Positions 19,124 to 29,517 of a DNA stretch of 64,000 bases are shown here, piece by piece. Source of the stretch: an uncultured Thermoanaerobaculia bacterium. Lineage in GTDB: Bacteria; Acidobacteriota; Thermoanaerobaculia; Thermoanaerobaculales; Sulfomarinibacteraceae. The notes below the pieces were generated by a model that saw only the letters and a program-made list of their open reading frames with translations, was not told the origin of the DNA and did not search any database. Where the stretch lies: NCBI GenBank assembly GCA_964641415.1, contig CAZXMW010000001.1, positions 227,816-291,815 of the forward strand, given 5' to 3'. Each line of letters begins with the position of its first letter. The stretch's first letter is position 1. The position numbers and the translations under genes were made by a program.

Positions 19124-21094
19124 ATGGGGATCGCCACCGACATCATCATGCTGGTCGTCGTCGCCTTCCTGCTGGCTGCGGTCGCACAGCGCATCGGCCA
19201 GCCGCCGATCCTCGGCTATGTGGTCGCCGGTGTCATTCTCGGCCCCGGAACCGGCGGCGTGACGGTGTCGAACATCCACAACATCGAGCTGCTGGCCGAG
19301 ATCGGGGTCGCCCTGCTCCTGTTCGGGCTCGGCCTCGAATTCTCGTTCAAGAAGCTGCAGGCCGTCCGGACGGTGGCCCTTGTCGGCACCCCGATCCAGA
19401 TGGCGCTGACCGTCGCCCTCGGCTACGGCTTCGGTCAGCTCCTCGGCTGGGACTGGCGGTCGTCGCTGTGGCTCGGCGCTCTGTTCTCCCTGTCGAGCAC
19501 CATGGTCATCCTCAAGACCCTCATGAGCCAGGGCTGGATGGGAACCCTGTCGAGCAAGGTCATGATCGGCATACTCATCGTCCAGGACCTGGCCGTCGTG
19601 CCCCTCATGATCGTCCTGCCCCAGCTCAACGACCCCCAGGCGGGGGTCTCGGCGGTGGCCTATGCGTCGGTGAAAGCCGTCATCTTCCTCACCATCATGG
19701 TGGTCCTCGGCACCCGGCTGTTGCCCCACGTGCTGACCCGGATCGCGAGCTGGCAGTCGCGCGAGCTCTTCCTGCTCGGCACCACCGCCATCGGCCTCGG
19801 GATCGGCTACGCCACCTACCTGGTCGGGCTGTCGTTCCCCTTCGGCGCCTTCGTCGCCGGAATGGTGCTCTCGGAGTCGGACTTCGGCCACCAGGCGCTG
19901 AGCGACATCGTACCGGTGCGGGACCTGTTCGGGCTGCTTTTCTTCGCCTCGGTGGGCATGCTGCTCGACCCGTCATTCCTGCTCGACCATCTGGCGCAGG
20001 TGAGCGCTCTGGTGGTCGGAGTCAGCCTCGGCAAGGGCCTCATCTTCGCCACCGTCGCCCGGATCTTCGGCTACGGCAACGTGGTGCCGCTGGCGGTGTC
20101 GCTCGGACTGTTCCAGGTCGGCGAGTTCTCGTTCGTGCTGGCGCGGGTCGGCATATCCACCGGCTCGATCGACCAGGAGATCTACTCGCTGGTGCTCACC
20201 GTCGCCATCGTCACCATGTTCCTCACCCCGATCGTGTCGAGCCAGACCACCCGCCTCTACGCGCTCAAGAAGCGCCTGTTCCGGCACGAGAAGCTCGAGT
20301 CGCTGAACCTCCCCGAGGAGGGTCTGCGCGACCACGTGGTGATCGCCGGCGCCGGCCGGGTCGGCAGTCACCTTGCCCGAGTCCTCGCCGAGATCGGTCG
20401 TCCCTTCGTCATCATCGAGCTCGACCAGCGCAGGGTCGAGCAGGCCAAGGACGACGGGTTCCCGGTGATTTTCGGCGACGCAAGTCAAGAGACCGTGCTC
20501 GAGGCCGCGGCCGTGGACCGCGCCCGCCTGCTCCTCGTCACCACGCCCGACTTCGTGGTCGCTCGCGCGGTCATCGTCAACGCCAAGAAGCTCAACCCGG
20601 GTCTTCACGCCGTCGCGCGCGCATCCGCGGCTGAGCACCTCGAGGCATTCGCCGAGCTCGATGTTTTCGAGGTCGTGCAGCCGGAGTACGAGGCGGGTCT
20701 CGAGATGACCCGACAGGCTCTGCTCCACCTCGGCGTCCGGCCCGGCGACATCCAGAGCTACACCGACCGGGTGCGGCAGGAGCTGTACGCGTCTCTCGGC
20801 GGCGACCGTCGTGACCACCGCACGCTGCGTTTGCTGCGAGACGCCGAGCGGCATATCGACCTCGAGTGGGTGACCTTGAGCGAGGCGAGCCCACTGGCGG
20901 GCCGATCGCTCGGCGACGCGCGGATCCGCTCCACGACCGGCGCCTCGGTGGTGGCCGTTGTCAGGGGCGACGAGCTGAGCCCGAATCCGGACGCCGGTCT
21001 TCGCTTCGAGGCCGGCGACCTGCTCGCGGTGATCGGCAACGATGCCGCACGAAAAGCTCTGAGGGAGCTTGCAGAGCCGACGCCGGAAACCTGA
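19124..21094 (+). CDS. CPA2 (Kef-type) K+/H+ antiporter with C-terminal TrkA-N and TrkA-C (RCK) domains
   Basis: [34 protein letters not shown]-terminus, about 12 TM helices, then [14 protein letters not shown] (Rossmann) and a TrkA-C-like end. The track N-terminus (from 18695) is non-coding-like. Confidence 0.85.
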   Translation: MGIATDIIMLVVVAFLLAAVAQRIGQPPILGYVVAGVILGPGTGGVTVSNIHNIELLAEIGVALLLFGLGLEFSFKKLQAVRTVALVGTPIQMALTVALGYGFGQLLGWDWRSSLWLGALFSLSSTMVILKTLMSQGWMGTLSSKVMIGILIVQDLAVVPLMIVLPQLNDPQAGVSAVAYASVKAVIFLTIMVVLGTRLLPHVLTRIASWQSRELFLLGTTAIGLGIGYATYLVGLSFPFGAFVAGMVLSESDFGHQALSDIVPVRDLFGLLFFASVGMLLDPSFLLDHLAQVSALVVGVSLGKGLIFATVARIFGYGNVVPLAVSLGLFQVGEFSFVLARVGISTGSIDQEIYSLVLTVAIVTMFLTPIVSSQTTRLYALKKRLFRHEKLESLNLPEEGLRDHVVIAGAGRVGSHLARVLAEIGRPFVIIELDQRRVEQAKDDGFPVIFGDASQETVLEAAAVDRARLLLVTTPDFVVARAVIVNAKKLNPGLHAVARASAAEHLEAFAELDVFEVVQPEYEAGLEMTRQALLHLGVRPGDIQSYTDRVRQELYASLGGDRRDHRTLRLLRDAERHIDLEWVTLSEASPLAGRSLGDARIRSTTGASVVAVVRGDELSPNPDAGLRFEAGDLLAVIGNDAARKALRELAEPTPET

Positions 21095-21273
21095 TCGACA
21101 AAGAGCCGCTCGCGCGCGGCGGATGACGGGGATCTTCTGACCCAGGATGAGCTCATTGTAGGTCTGACAGCCGCTTCGACCTCGGTTGGTCGCATCGATG
21201 CTGTCCCGGATCCGCTGCCGTCGCAGTTGACGCCGAAAGCTTCGTCAGGCAGCCTTTCGGGGGGAGGATCGCC

Positions 21274-22971
21274 ATGAAGGCCCTGCCGTCCGTCATCTCG
21301 ACGTTGCTTTCGAAGACCAGCTCGAGGATGAACATCCTCGCCCTCGTCCGGTTCCTTGCCTTTCTCGTCGTGCTGATCACAGTGTACAGCGTCGTCTTTC
21401 ACCTCCTGATGGCCGCGGAGGGACAGCAGCACTCGTGGCTGACCGGCTTTTACTGGACGCTCACCGTCATGAGCACCCTGGGCTTCGGCGACATCACCTT
21501 CCACTCGGACATCGGGCGGTTGTTCTCAATGCTGGTGCTCATCTCGGGGGTGGTCTTCCTGCTGGTGCTGATGCCCTTCACCGTCATCAGGTTCTTCTGG
21601 GCGCCGTGGGTCGAGGCCGAGGAACGGAACCGGACCCCCCGTGAGCTGCCCCCCGAGACCGGGGACCACGTCATCATCACCGGCCACGGTCCGGTCGAAA
21701 TGGCGTTGGCGAAGAAGCTCAGCGACCGGGGGATGGAGTACGTGGTCGTGGTCGGCGACTACCAACGCGCCTCCGAGCTCTACGACGAGGGCATCCGGGT
21801 GGCGGTCGGCGACATCGACGACCCCGAGACCTACCGCCGCCTCAGAGCCGAGCGGGCGGCGCTGGTGGTCGCCGCCAACCGCGACGAAATCAACACCAAC
21901 ATCGCCTTCACGGTCCGGGAGCTGTCCGACGAGATGCGCATCGTGACCACCGCCGAGTCGGTGCACTCGGTGGACATCCTCAACCTCGCAGGCAGTGACC
22001 GGGTGCTGCAGCTGTTCGACATGCTCGGCCGCTCGCTGGCCAACTGGACCCTCGGCGGCACCTGCCGCAGCAACGTCATCAGCCGCTTCGACGAGCTCCT
22101 GATCGCGGAGTTCCCCGCCGTCGGGACGCCGCTGGTCGGCAAGACCCTCGCCGAGAGCAATCTGCGCGAGAACTTCGACGTTTCGGTGGTCGGGATCTGG
22201 GAGCGGGGATCGTTCTCGATCCCCACCGCCTCGACCACCATCGGCGACGCCACCATGCTGGTCCTGGCCGGCGCCGAGCAGAGTCTCGACGCGTTCGACG
22301 AGACCTACGCCTTCTACCACATCTGCCGGACCTCGGGTGAGAAGGTGTTGATCATCGGCGGCGGCCGCGTCGGGCGGACCGTTGCAGCCGAGCTCGAACG
22401 CCGCGAGGTGCCTTTCCTCATTCTCGAGAAGAACGCCGAGCGTGCACGCCATCTGCCCAGCGCCGTGGTCGGTGACGCCGCCGACTTCGAGGCCCTCCAG
22501 AAGGCCTGGATCGACGCCGCTCCGGCGGCCCTGGTGACGACCCACGACGACGATACCAACATTTACCTCACCAAGTACTTCCGCAGCCTCCGCCCGGATA
22601 TGCAGATCCTCAGCCGGGCGACTCAGGACCGCAACGTCTCGACCCTGCACCGGGCCGGGGCCGACTACGTCATGTCCCTGGCGTCGGTCGGTTCCAACGC
22701 GATCTTCAACTATCTGAAGAACCAGCAGACCCTGCTCCTCGTCGAGGGCCTCAACATCTTCCGCACTCCGGTGCCGGCTGCGCTCGCCGGCCGGACCCTC
22801 ACCGACTCCGGCATCCGGCATCGCACCGGCTGCTCGGTGGCGGCGGTCGACCTCGACGGCACCCTCGCCATCAACCCGAGCCCCGACCTGGTGCTGACCG
22901 AGCAGGCCGAACTCGTCGTCATCGGCGATCACGAGGGTGAGAAGCGCTTCCTCAAGACCTATCGCGCCTGA
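21274..22971 (+). CDS. 2TM K+ channel with tandem RCK (TrkA-N/TrkA-C) domains
   Basis: Selectivity filter TLGFGD (MSTLGFGDITF), followed by two Rossmann-like blocks (HVIITGHGPVEM, VLIIGGGRVGRTVA). Confidence 0.85.
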   Translation: MKALPSVISTLLSKTSSRMNILALVRFLAFLVVLITVYSVVFHLLMAAEGQQHSWLTGFYWTLTVMSTLGFGDITFHSDIGRLFSMLVLISGVVFLLVLMPFTVIRFFWAPWVEAEERNRTPRELPPETGDHVIITGHGPVEMALAKKLSDRGMEYVVVVGDYQRASELYDEGIRVAVGDIDDPETYRRLRAERAALVVAANRDEINTNIAFTVRELSDEMRIVTTAESVHSVDILNLAGSDRVLQLFDMLGRSLANWTLGGTCRSNVISRFDELLIAEFPAVGTPLVGKTLAESNLRENFDVSVVGIWERGSFSIPTASTTIGDATMLVLAGAEQSLDAFDETYAFYHICRTSGEKVLIIGGGRVGRTVAAELERREVPFLILEKNAERARHLPSAVVGDAADFEALQKAWIDAAPAALVTTHDDDTNIYLTKYFRSLRPDMQILSRATQDRNVSTLHRAGADYVMSLASVGSNAIFNYLKNQQTLLLVEGLNIFRTPVPAALAGRTLTDSGIRHRTGCSVAAVDLDGTLAINPSPDLVLTEQAELVVIGDHEGEKRFLKTYRA

Positions 22972-23300
22972 CCGCGCCGGGCGCCGTCGTCAACGACCGG
23001 CTGCTGCGCTTCGACCTGTGCGGTCTGCCCGAGAATCGAGTCGCCCGCACCCGATGCCCCGACCGCGTCGAGAGGGACCTGGGTGCACTGTCGTGCTGAG
23101 CCCGAAGGCTCGGTCCATTGCGGCCGAAACGGCATTCGGCGGCACTGTGAGACGGGCTCAGCGGAAGATCGGGAGGTTGCCGCAGACCCGCGACTGCGAC
23201 CCCTGCGGCGGCCGGCCATGCGGTGCGCTCTCGGCACGAGAAACTCCGACGCCGAGATGCTACCCTGAGGGCGAGCAACGAAAAGGAGGGCTTGACGCCG

Positions 23301-23678
23301 ATGTCTTCTGAGTGGGTTTTATTCGTGCTGCAGGCGATCGTGGGGCTCGGTCTGCTCAATGTGTGGCTGGTGCGGGCGAGGTCCGCGACCAGCTACCGAG
23401 GTGGCGACGCACGCTCCCTGCGGGAGGAGTTCGCGGCCTACGGCCTGCCGGCGTGGGTCTTCCAACTGGTCGGGGTGCTCAAGATCGGGTCGGCGATCCT
23501 GCTGCTGGCCGGGATCTGGTACCGGCCGGTCGTCCTCCCGGCAGCGGTCGTGGTCGTTGTGCTGATGCTCGGCGCCATCGCGATGCACGTCAAGGTCAAG
23601 GATCCGGCCGTCAAGTCGCTGCCGGCGTTCCTGATGCTCGTGTCGAGCGGGCTCATCTGCTTTCTGTCGATGGTCTGA
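23301..23678 (+). CDS. DoxX-like family membrane protein
   Basis: AAAAGGAGGG RBS. LNVWLVR...YRGG...EEFAAYGLP...LLLAGIW...MLGAIAMHVKVKDP pattern. Confidence 0.65.
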   Translation: MSSEWVLFVLQAIVGLGLLNVWLVRARSATSYRGGDARSLREEFAAYGLPAWVFQLVGVLKIGSAILLLAGIWYRPVVLPAAVVVVVLMLGAIAMHVKVKDPAVKSLPAFLMLVSSGLICFLSMV

Positions 23679-23945
23679 TTCGCGCCTCCTGCGGGCGTCG
23701 TGCCGGACGGCGCGCAACGAGTCGGTCTGCACCGTGCCGGAGGGCCCAGGTTCTCCACCGTGGTTGCATCCCAGGCTCACAGCACCGCAAGGCACCCGTC
23801 GTGGGCGGGGCGGGGCGACGAAGGGGAACGATGACCTTCCCTCCCCGCGCCGAGACCAGGAACATGGTGCCGGGAGCAGAGATCCGCGGTTCGGGTCGAC
23901 ACATCTCGGATCGGGAGCTTGAAGCCGGCACAGCGATCGTGCGGA

Positions 23946-25208
23946 TCATGTGCTGTACTCGGCGTTGATGCGGACGTACTCGTACGAGAAGTCGGAGCCC
24001 CAGGCGGTGGCGGTGCCGTTGCCGGCGTTGAGATCGAGCAGCACGTAGAGGAAGCTCGCCCGCATCATGCGTTTGAGTCTGGCGTGGTCGATGTCGACGG
24101 GCCGGCCGCCGGCGACGATCTGGTGCAGCTGCTTGGAGGTGCCGAGATGCAGGTCGACCCGATCGGGGTCGAAGTCGACGCCGGCCCGACCGGCGGCGGC
24201 GAGAATCCGGCCCCAGTTGGGGTCCCGGCCGAAGAATGCGGTCTTGACCAGGTTCGAGTCGGACACGGTGCGGGCGATGCGGCGCGCGGCTCGGTCGTCC
24301 GGCGCCCCCTCCACGGTGTACTGGATCTGCTTGGTGGCGCCCTCGCCGTCCGAAACGATCTGCCGGGCGAGCTCGATGCAGTGCTTCTTCAGCTCGTCAC
24401 GAAAGCGGTCGAAGTCCGCTCCGGGCTTCTCGATGAGCGGGTTGCCGGCCAGCCCGTTGGCCATCACCCCGACCATGTCGTTGGTCGAGGTGTCGCCGTC
24501 GACGGTGATCATGTTGAATGACACGTCCACCGCCTCGCGCAGAGCACTGTCGAGCAACGACGAGGTGATCTCGGCATCGGTGACGATGAACGCGAGCATG
24601 GTCGCCATGTCGGGGTGAATCATCCCCGATCCCTTGGCGATGCCGCCCATGACGCAGCCCTTGCCGCCGAGCGTGAAGGTGGAGAAGCTCTCCTTGGGGA
24701 AGGTGTCCGTGGTCAGGATGGCGTTTGCCGCAAGGGTTCCGGCGAGGCGAAGGCTGGACAGCTTGGGCGCGCTCTCCCTCACTCCCTGAACGATCTTCTC
24801 GGTCGGAAACGGGCGGCCGATGATGCCGGTCGAGGCGATGATGACCAGCGACGGATCGAGATCGAGCGCCTCGGCGGCCGCGTCGATCACCGCCGCGGCG
24901 CCGCGACGCCCCTGCTCGCCGGTGCAGGCGTTGGCGTTGCCGGCGTTGATCACGAAAACCTGGGCCCGGCCGTCGGCGATGTTCCGTCGGGCCAGCTTGA
25001 CGGGCTCGGCGACGACCACGTTGCGGGTGAACACCGCGGCCGCGGCCGCAGGCACCTCGGAGTGGATGAGCGCCAGATCGCGCCGCTTGCTCTTGACGCC
25101 CGAGTAGGCGCCCCAGGCGCGAATGCCCCGGACCTCGGTGAGGTTGCGCTGGATCGATCGTTCGTCCTCGGACGCCGTCCGATGCGGCTTCTTGTCGTTG
25201 GTGCTCAT
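23946..25208 (-). CDS. argJ: Bifunctional ornithine acetyltransferase / N-acetylglutamate synthase
   Basis: 420 aa. GNANACTG, autoprocessing region MATMLAFIVTDA, TVDGDTSTNDM, and C-terminal INAEYST. Confidence 0.9.
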   Translation of the reverse strand: MSTNDKKPHRTASEDERSIQRNLTEVRGIRAWGAYSGVKSKRRDLALIHSEVPAAAAAVFTRNVVVAEPVKLARRNIADGRAQVFVINAGNANACTGEQGRRGAAAVIDAAAEALDLDPSLVIIASTGIIGRPFPTEKIVQGVRESAPKLSSLRLAGTLAANAILTTDTFPKESFSTFTLGGKGCVMGGIAKGSGMIHPDMATMLAFIVTDAEITSSLLDSALREAVDVSFNMITVDGDTSTNDMVGVMANGLAGNPLIEKPGADFDRFRDELKKHCIELARQIVSDGEGATKQIQYTVEGAPDDRAARRIARTVSDSNLVKTAFFGRDPNWGRILAAAGRAGVDFDPDRVDLHLGTSKQLHQIVAGGRPVDIDHARLKRMMRASFLYVLLDLNAGNGTATAWGSDFSYEYVRINAEYST

Positions 25209-26242
25209 GGTGTCAGTGGTCCCTGGGTGAGGCCGGTGGTTTCCGGCCAGTCGAAGATCAGGTTGAGATTCTGGACCGCCTGTCCGGCCGCGCCCTTGAC
25301 CAGGTTGTCGATGGCCGCCATGGCCACCACACGCCCGGTTCTCGGGTCGAGCTCGGCGTGGAGGTCGCAGAAGTTCGAGCCGCGGACCTCCTTGATCGAG
25401 GGCGGTGCGCCGGTCAGGCGCACGAAGGGCTCGTCGGCGTAGTCGTCAGCGTAGGCCGCAGCGACCTCGTCGGCCGTGAGCGATCCGGTCGGTGTGGCGT
25501 AGCAGGTGGCGAGAATACCTCGGTCGACGGGCAGCAGGTGCGGTGTGAACAGCACCTGAACCTCGGCGTCCGCGACGCGGCCGAGCACCGCTTCGATCTC
25601 CGGCGTGTGGCGGTGGCGCAACAGGCCGTAGGCGCGGAAGTCGCCGAACACGGTGGGAAAGTGGGTGCCTTCCTTGGCGTGAGCGCCGGCGCCGGTGACG
25701 CCGGACTTGGCGTCGACGACGATGTCGTTGGTGCGGATCAATCCACGCCGGAGCAGCGGCGCCAGGGCGAGGATCGTGGCCGTCGGGTAGCACCCCGGGT
25801 TGGCGACGAGGTGGGCGCCCCGGATCTCGTCGCGGAACAGCTCCGGCAGCCCGAAGACCGCGCCTGCGAGGCGCTCTTTGGCCCGGTGCCGCATCTCGTA
25901 CCAGGCCTCGTAGACCCCGGCGTCGGGCAGGCGGAAGTCGCCTGACAGATCGACGATCGGCGGACCGTCCGGCGGCTGTGCCGCCACGAAGTCCATGGAG
26001 ACACCGTGGGGAAGCGCGAGGAAGAACGCGCCGATGGCCAGCGACGGCAGCTCGTCGACGGTCACCAGCGCCTCATCCGCGATCCCGCGGGAGGCGCCGT
26101 GGACCGAGCTGAACGGCTCGCCGACGCGGCCGCGCGAGGTGATCGCTGCGATCTCGACTAAGGGATGCTGCGACAGCAGACGCACCAGCTCGCTGCCGGT
26201 GTAGCCGGTGGCGCCGACGATGGCGACTCGGAGGCGGCCCAT
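25205..26242 (-). CDS. argC: N-acetyl-gamma-glutamyl-phosphate reductase
   Basis: MGRLRVAIVGATGYTGSELVRLL, active-site region VANPGCYPTA. ATG 26242 shares one nucleotide with the argD stop. The long Arg-rich N-terminus in the track (to 26815) is discounted. Confidence 0.9.
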   Translation of the reverse strand: MGRLRVAIVGATGYTGSELVRLLSQHPLVEIAAITSRGRVGEPFSSVHGASRGIADEALVTVDELPSLAIGAFFLALPHGVSMDFVAAQPPDGPPIVDLSGDFRLPDAGVYEAWYEMRHRAKERLAGAVFGLPELFRDEIRGAHLVANPGCYPTATILALAPLLRRGLIRTNDIVVDAKSGVTGAGAHAKEGTHFPTVFGDFRAYGLLRHRHTPEIEAVLGRVADAEVQVLFTPHLLPVDRGILATCYATPTGSLTADEVAAAYADDYADEPFVRLTGAPPSIKEVRGSNFCDLHAELDPRTGRVVAMAAIDNLVKGAAGQAVQNLNLIFDWPETTGLTQGPLTP

Positions 26243-27444
26243 CACTCGCTCTCCGGCGCCTCGGCGTCGTCCAGTGCGTCGAGGAAGACCGAGATCGCGT
26301 GCTCCAGATCGTCGTCGGGGATGTTGAGAGCCGGCACGAAGCGGATGACGTTTCCCGAGGTGCAGTTGGACAGCACACCCCGATGCATCATGTCGACCAC
26401 GAGATCGCCTCCCGGCCATGCCAGCTCGACGCCGATCATGAGACCGCGGCCGCGCACGTCGCGGATCGCAGGCCGGTCGGCGGCGGCCCTCCGCAGTCGC
26501 GTCATCACTCGGTCGCCGAGAACCGAAGCGCGCTCGGGCAGATTTTCTTCCAAGATCGTCCGCACCGTTGCTCCGGCGGCGGCACAGGCGAGAGGGTTGC
26601 CGCCGAAGGTGGTGCCGTGGTCGCCGGGCTCGAAGGCCAGGGCGACCTCCTCCCGTGCCAGCACGGCGCCGATGGGAAAGCCGCCGCCGAGCGCCTTGGC
26701 CATGACCAGGATGTCCGGACGGATGCCGGCGTGCTCGAAGGCGCAGAAGCGGCCGGTCCGGCCGACGCCGCACTGGATCTCGTCCAGAATCATCAGCGCC
26801 CCGCATTCGTCGCACAGAGCCCGCAGGCCGCGCAGGAACTCGTCGGGCGCCACGCGCAGCCCTCCCTCACCCTGAATCGGCTCCAGGACCACCGCCGCCG
26901 TGTGCCCGTCCATGGCCCGCTCGACGGCCTCGAGATCGGCAAAGGGGACCTGGGTGAAGTCGGGAACCAGCGGCAGGTACGGTTCCCGCTGGGGCTCGGA
27001 GTGCGCCGACAGTGCGCCCATGCTGCGACCATGAAAGCAGCCCTCGAAGGAGATGATCTGCGCGCCGTGGTCGTGGGCCCCGGCATGCCGGCGCGCCAGC
27101 TTGAGAGCGCCTTCGACGGCCTCCGTGCCGCTGTTGGTGAAAAACACGCGGCCCAGGCCGACGGTGGCGGTCAGCCGCTCGGCGAGCTCGGCCTGGGGCT
27201 CGGTGTGGTAGAGATTGGTGCAGTGAATCAGGCGTTGTGCCTGCTCGGTGATGGCCTCGACGACGGCGGGGTGGCAGTGCCCGAGAGCGTTGACCGCGAT
27301 GCCGGCAAGGGCATCGATGTACTCGCGGCCCTCACTGTCGCGGACGCGCGAGCCCCGACCCTCCACGAGGGTGATCGGGTAGCGGGCGTACATCGGAAAA
27401 TGGCAGCGCTCCAGGCGTTGCCGGATGGTGTCAGGCTGGTTCAT
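26242..27444 (-). CDS. argD: Acetylornithine aminotransferase
   Basis: 400 aa class-III aminotransferase. FTNSGTEAVEGALKLAR, ILDEIQCGVGRTG, and PLP-lysine region MAKALGGGFPIGA. Confidence 0.9.
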   Translation of the reverse strand: MNQPDTIRQRLERCHFPMYARYPITLVEGRGSRVRDSEGREYIDALAGIAVNALGHCHPAVVEAITEQAQRLIHCTNLYHTEPQAELAERLTATVGLGRVFFTNSGTEAVEGALKLARRHAGAHDHGAQIISFEGCFHGRSMGALSAHSEPQREPYLPLVPDFTQVPFADLEAVERAMDGHTAAVVLEPIQGEGGLRVAPDEFLRGLRALCDECGALMILDEIQCGVGRTGRFCAFEHAGIRPDILVMAKALGGGFPIGAVLAREEVALAFEPGDHGTTFGGNPLACAAAGATVRTILEENLPERASVLGDRVMTRLRRAAADRPAIRDVRGRGLMIGVELAWPGGDLVVDMMHRGVLSNCTSGNVIRFVPALNIPDDDLEHAISVFLDALDDAEAPESE

Positions 27445-28555
27445 GGTGCTCCCGGATGGTGGTGCCGATCTTCGAGTCGGTCAGCAGCGCCCTCGGCAGT
27501 GCGTGCTCGATCATGCCGTTGACGATCCGCGCCGCGCCGACTCCGCCCTCGATGGCGACGAGGCATGACTCGATCTTGGGGATCATGCCGCCTCGGATGA
27601 TGCGGCCGATCTCGTCGCGGACCGCGTGCGGGGTGAAGTCGTGGATCAGCGTGCTCGAGTCGTCGAGAGAGAGCAGCACGCCGTCCACGTCGGTGAGGAT
27701 GACGAAATGGGCGGCGTCGAGGGCGGCCGCGATGTGGCCGGCGAACATGTCACCGTTGATGTTGTAGTCCTCGAGATCCGCGCCGACACCGATGGGGGCG
27801 ATGACCGGGATGTAGTCGGCGGCGAGCAGAATCTCGAGCAGGTGGGTGTCGACCGCGGCGACGTCGCCGACCTGACCGAGGTCGGAGCGATGCTCCCGAT
27901 CGCCTTCTCGAACCCGGTGGATGCGCTTTTCGGCGGTCACCAGGCCGCCGTCTTTGCCGCTGATTCCGGCCGCGCGGTAGCCGTGACACGAGATGAGCTT
28001 GACGATCTCGCTGTTCACCTTACCGCTCAGGGCCATTTCGACGTACACCATGGCGTCGCGGTCGGTCTTGCGGTGGCCGCCGACGAAGGGGGTCTTGACA
28101 CCCACTTCGTGAAGCAGCTCGCTGATCACCGGCCCGCCGCCGTGGACCACGACCGGCCGGGCGCCGAGGCTCTTGAGCGCGCAGATGTCGGCGATGACGC
28201 CCTGCTTGCGCGCCTCGTCGATCATGGCGTTGCCGCCGTACTTGACGAGCACGACCCGGCCTTTGACGGCTGCCACGCGATCAGGATCCACGTCGAGTCC
28301 GCTGAGCGCGGACGGATGCTCGGGGAGTTGGGATTCGGATTCCGGCTCTTCGATCCAGGCGGCGAGGTCCGGAAACTCGTCACGGAGGCGGTCGGCGAGC
28401 TCGCGACGCTTGGCCCCGGCGTGCTCGGGATCCGGCTCGCGCATGATCTCCCGCAGCTCGGCCATGACCCGGCCACGTTCGGTGTTGTCGAGACGGTCGA
28501 ACGGTTGCGGCATGCGGTGCGGCTCCCTTCCGAAACGAGCAGAAGTTCCGGGCAA
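27431..28555 (-). CDS. argB: Acetylglutamate kinase with an unusual N-terminal extension of about 80-90 aa
   Basis: Core VVLVKYGGNAM, VVVHGGGP, NINGDMFAG, LTDVDGV. Upstream in the same frame is acidic, non-ArgB sequence (MAELREIMREPDPEH...). The true start is unresolved. Confidence 0.8.
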   Translation of the reverse strand: MPGTSARFGREPHRMPQPFDRLDNTERGRVMAELREIMREPDPEHAGAKRRELADRLRDEFPDLAAWIEEPESESQLPEHPSALSGLDVDPDRVAAVKGRVVLVKYGGNAMIDEARKQGVIADICALKSLGARPVVVHGGGPVISELLHEVGVKTPFVGGHRKTDRDAMVYVEMALSGKVNSEIVKLISCHGYRAAGISGKDGGLVTAEKRIHRVREGDREHRSDLGQVGDVAAVDTHLLEILLAADYIPVIAPIGVGADLEDYNINGDMFAGHIAAALDAAHFVILTDVDGVLLSLDDSSTLIHDFTPHAVRDEIGRIIRGGMIPKIESCLVAIEGGVGAARIVNGMIEHALPRALLTDSKIGTTIREHHEPA

Positions 28556-28792
28556 TGATGTCTTTGATGGTACACGAACCTAGCTCGTGAAGTGCGAATC
28601 GCTCACCTCAGGTCAAACTCATGAGGGCGGTCGTGCGGGCTTTCGCGAGAACGACGAACTCGATCCGGGCGTCAGCCGCGGTCGGCCGAATCTGTGACGA
28701 CGCCGAGGTCGCGCAGCCGGGGACGTTCGACAATGCCGTCGTCAGCCAGCGCGGAAATCGCGACGAGGAGCAGCCAGACGACCGCCCTTGGG

Positions 28793-29517
28793 TCAGCTCG
28801 CATCATGGGATCCCTCCACCGGTTCGAAGAGCTCCCGGCACAGGGTCTTCACGGACTTTCTCGAACTGGTCAGCTCCTTGACCAGGTAGGCGTTGCCGGC
28901 GAAGCGGCTGGCGTCCAGAGCGAGCGGGATGCCGTGGGCGTCTGCGAGCTCACGCGCTCGGCGGACGTTCTCGATGGCGATCGGCTGGCCGCCGTCGATT
29001 TGTTGGTCACGGAGAGAACGACGAGTGCGGCGCGCGGGTTGCGCCGCAAGGTGCTCTCAAGACGATCAAGGTCGATGTCGCCGCACCACGGCCCCCGCCG
29101 TGCGGGCAGATCGCGCGCCTCGCAGCCCAACACCTCGATGTTGGATCGGGTGGTGTCGAAGAAGGTGTTGGACAGGACCACGTCGCCGGGTTCGAACAGC
29201 AGCCGAAACAGTAGGTTTTCCGCGGCACGGCCCTGGTGGACCGGCTGGATGTACTCGAACCCGAAGATCTCTCTCGCGGCGGACACGAAGTGCTCGTGCG
29301 ACGCCTGGCCGGAGAAGTCCTCCCGGGCGGTCGCCATCGCCGCCCACTGGCGCGAGCTCATGGTGCCGGTGCCCGAGTCCGACACGAGATCGATCTCGAC
29401 GGCGCCGGCAGCGAGCTGGAACGTTTTTCATCCGGCCGCCGCCAGCTTCCGGCGCCGGGCGGCCGGCGACACCCGCGGCAGCGACTCGACGACCTTGATC
29501 CGATACGGCTCGTGCAT
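28793..29517 (-). pseudogene. Decayed tryptophanase / tyrosine phenol-lyase-like (beta-eliminating lyase) gene
   Basis: MHEPYRIKVVESLPRVSP...AAAG then in-frame TGA (29428-29430), then KTFQLAAGAVEIDLVSDSGTGTMS...FGFEYIQPVHQGRAAENL...FDTTRSNIE...LSVTN. A 1-nt frameshift lies near 28998-29006, after which homology continues in another frame (IDGGQPIAIENVRRARELADAHGIPLALDASRFAGNAYLVKE). The gene ends before the PLP-lysine region. Confidence 0.7.

Noticed and set aside
21095-21273. Minus-strand peptide-like stretch (…TYNELILGQKIPVIRRARAAL…) between the two K+ genes that looked like a remnant of a small antitoxin-type gene.
   Set aside because: There is no start or stop structure, no recognisable family motif, and it is very short. 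It remains unexplained intergenic sequence.
23230-23275. A possible third partial copy of the repeat (cggcacgag ... gacgccgagatgc) upstream of the DoxX-like gene.
   Set aside because: Only two short words match, and their order is inverted relative to copies A and B. This is not distinguishable from chance in GC-rich DNA without a formal alignment.
28672-28806. 44-codon ORF (MMRADPRAVVWLLLVAISALADDG...) with GGAGGG upstream and a signal-peptide-like core, next to the lyase pseudogene.
   Set aside because: Too short, with no homolog recognisable. Its apparent RBS is simply coding sequence of the decayed lyase gene. It may be the orphaned 5' end of another deleted gene, but this is not supportable.
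29428-29430. The in-frame TGA in the tryptophanase-like gene as a second selenocysteine codon.
   Set aside because: The homologous position in TnaA/TPL is an aromatic residue, not Cys. No convincing hairpin follows. The gene also carries a frameshift and lacks its 3' half, so pseudogene is the simpler reading.
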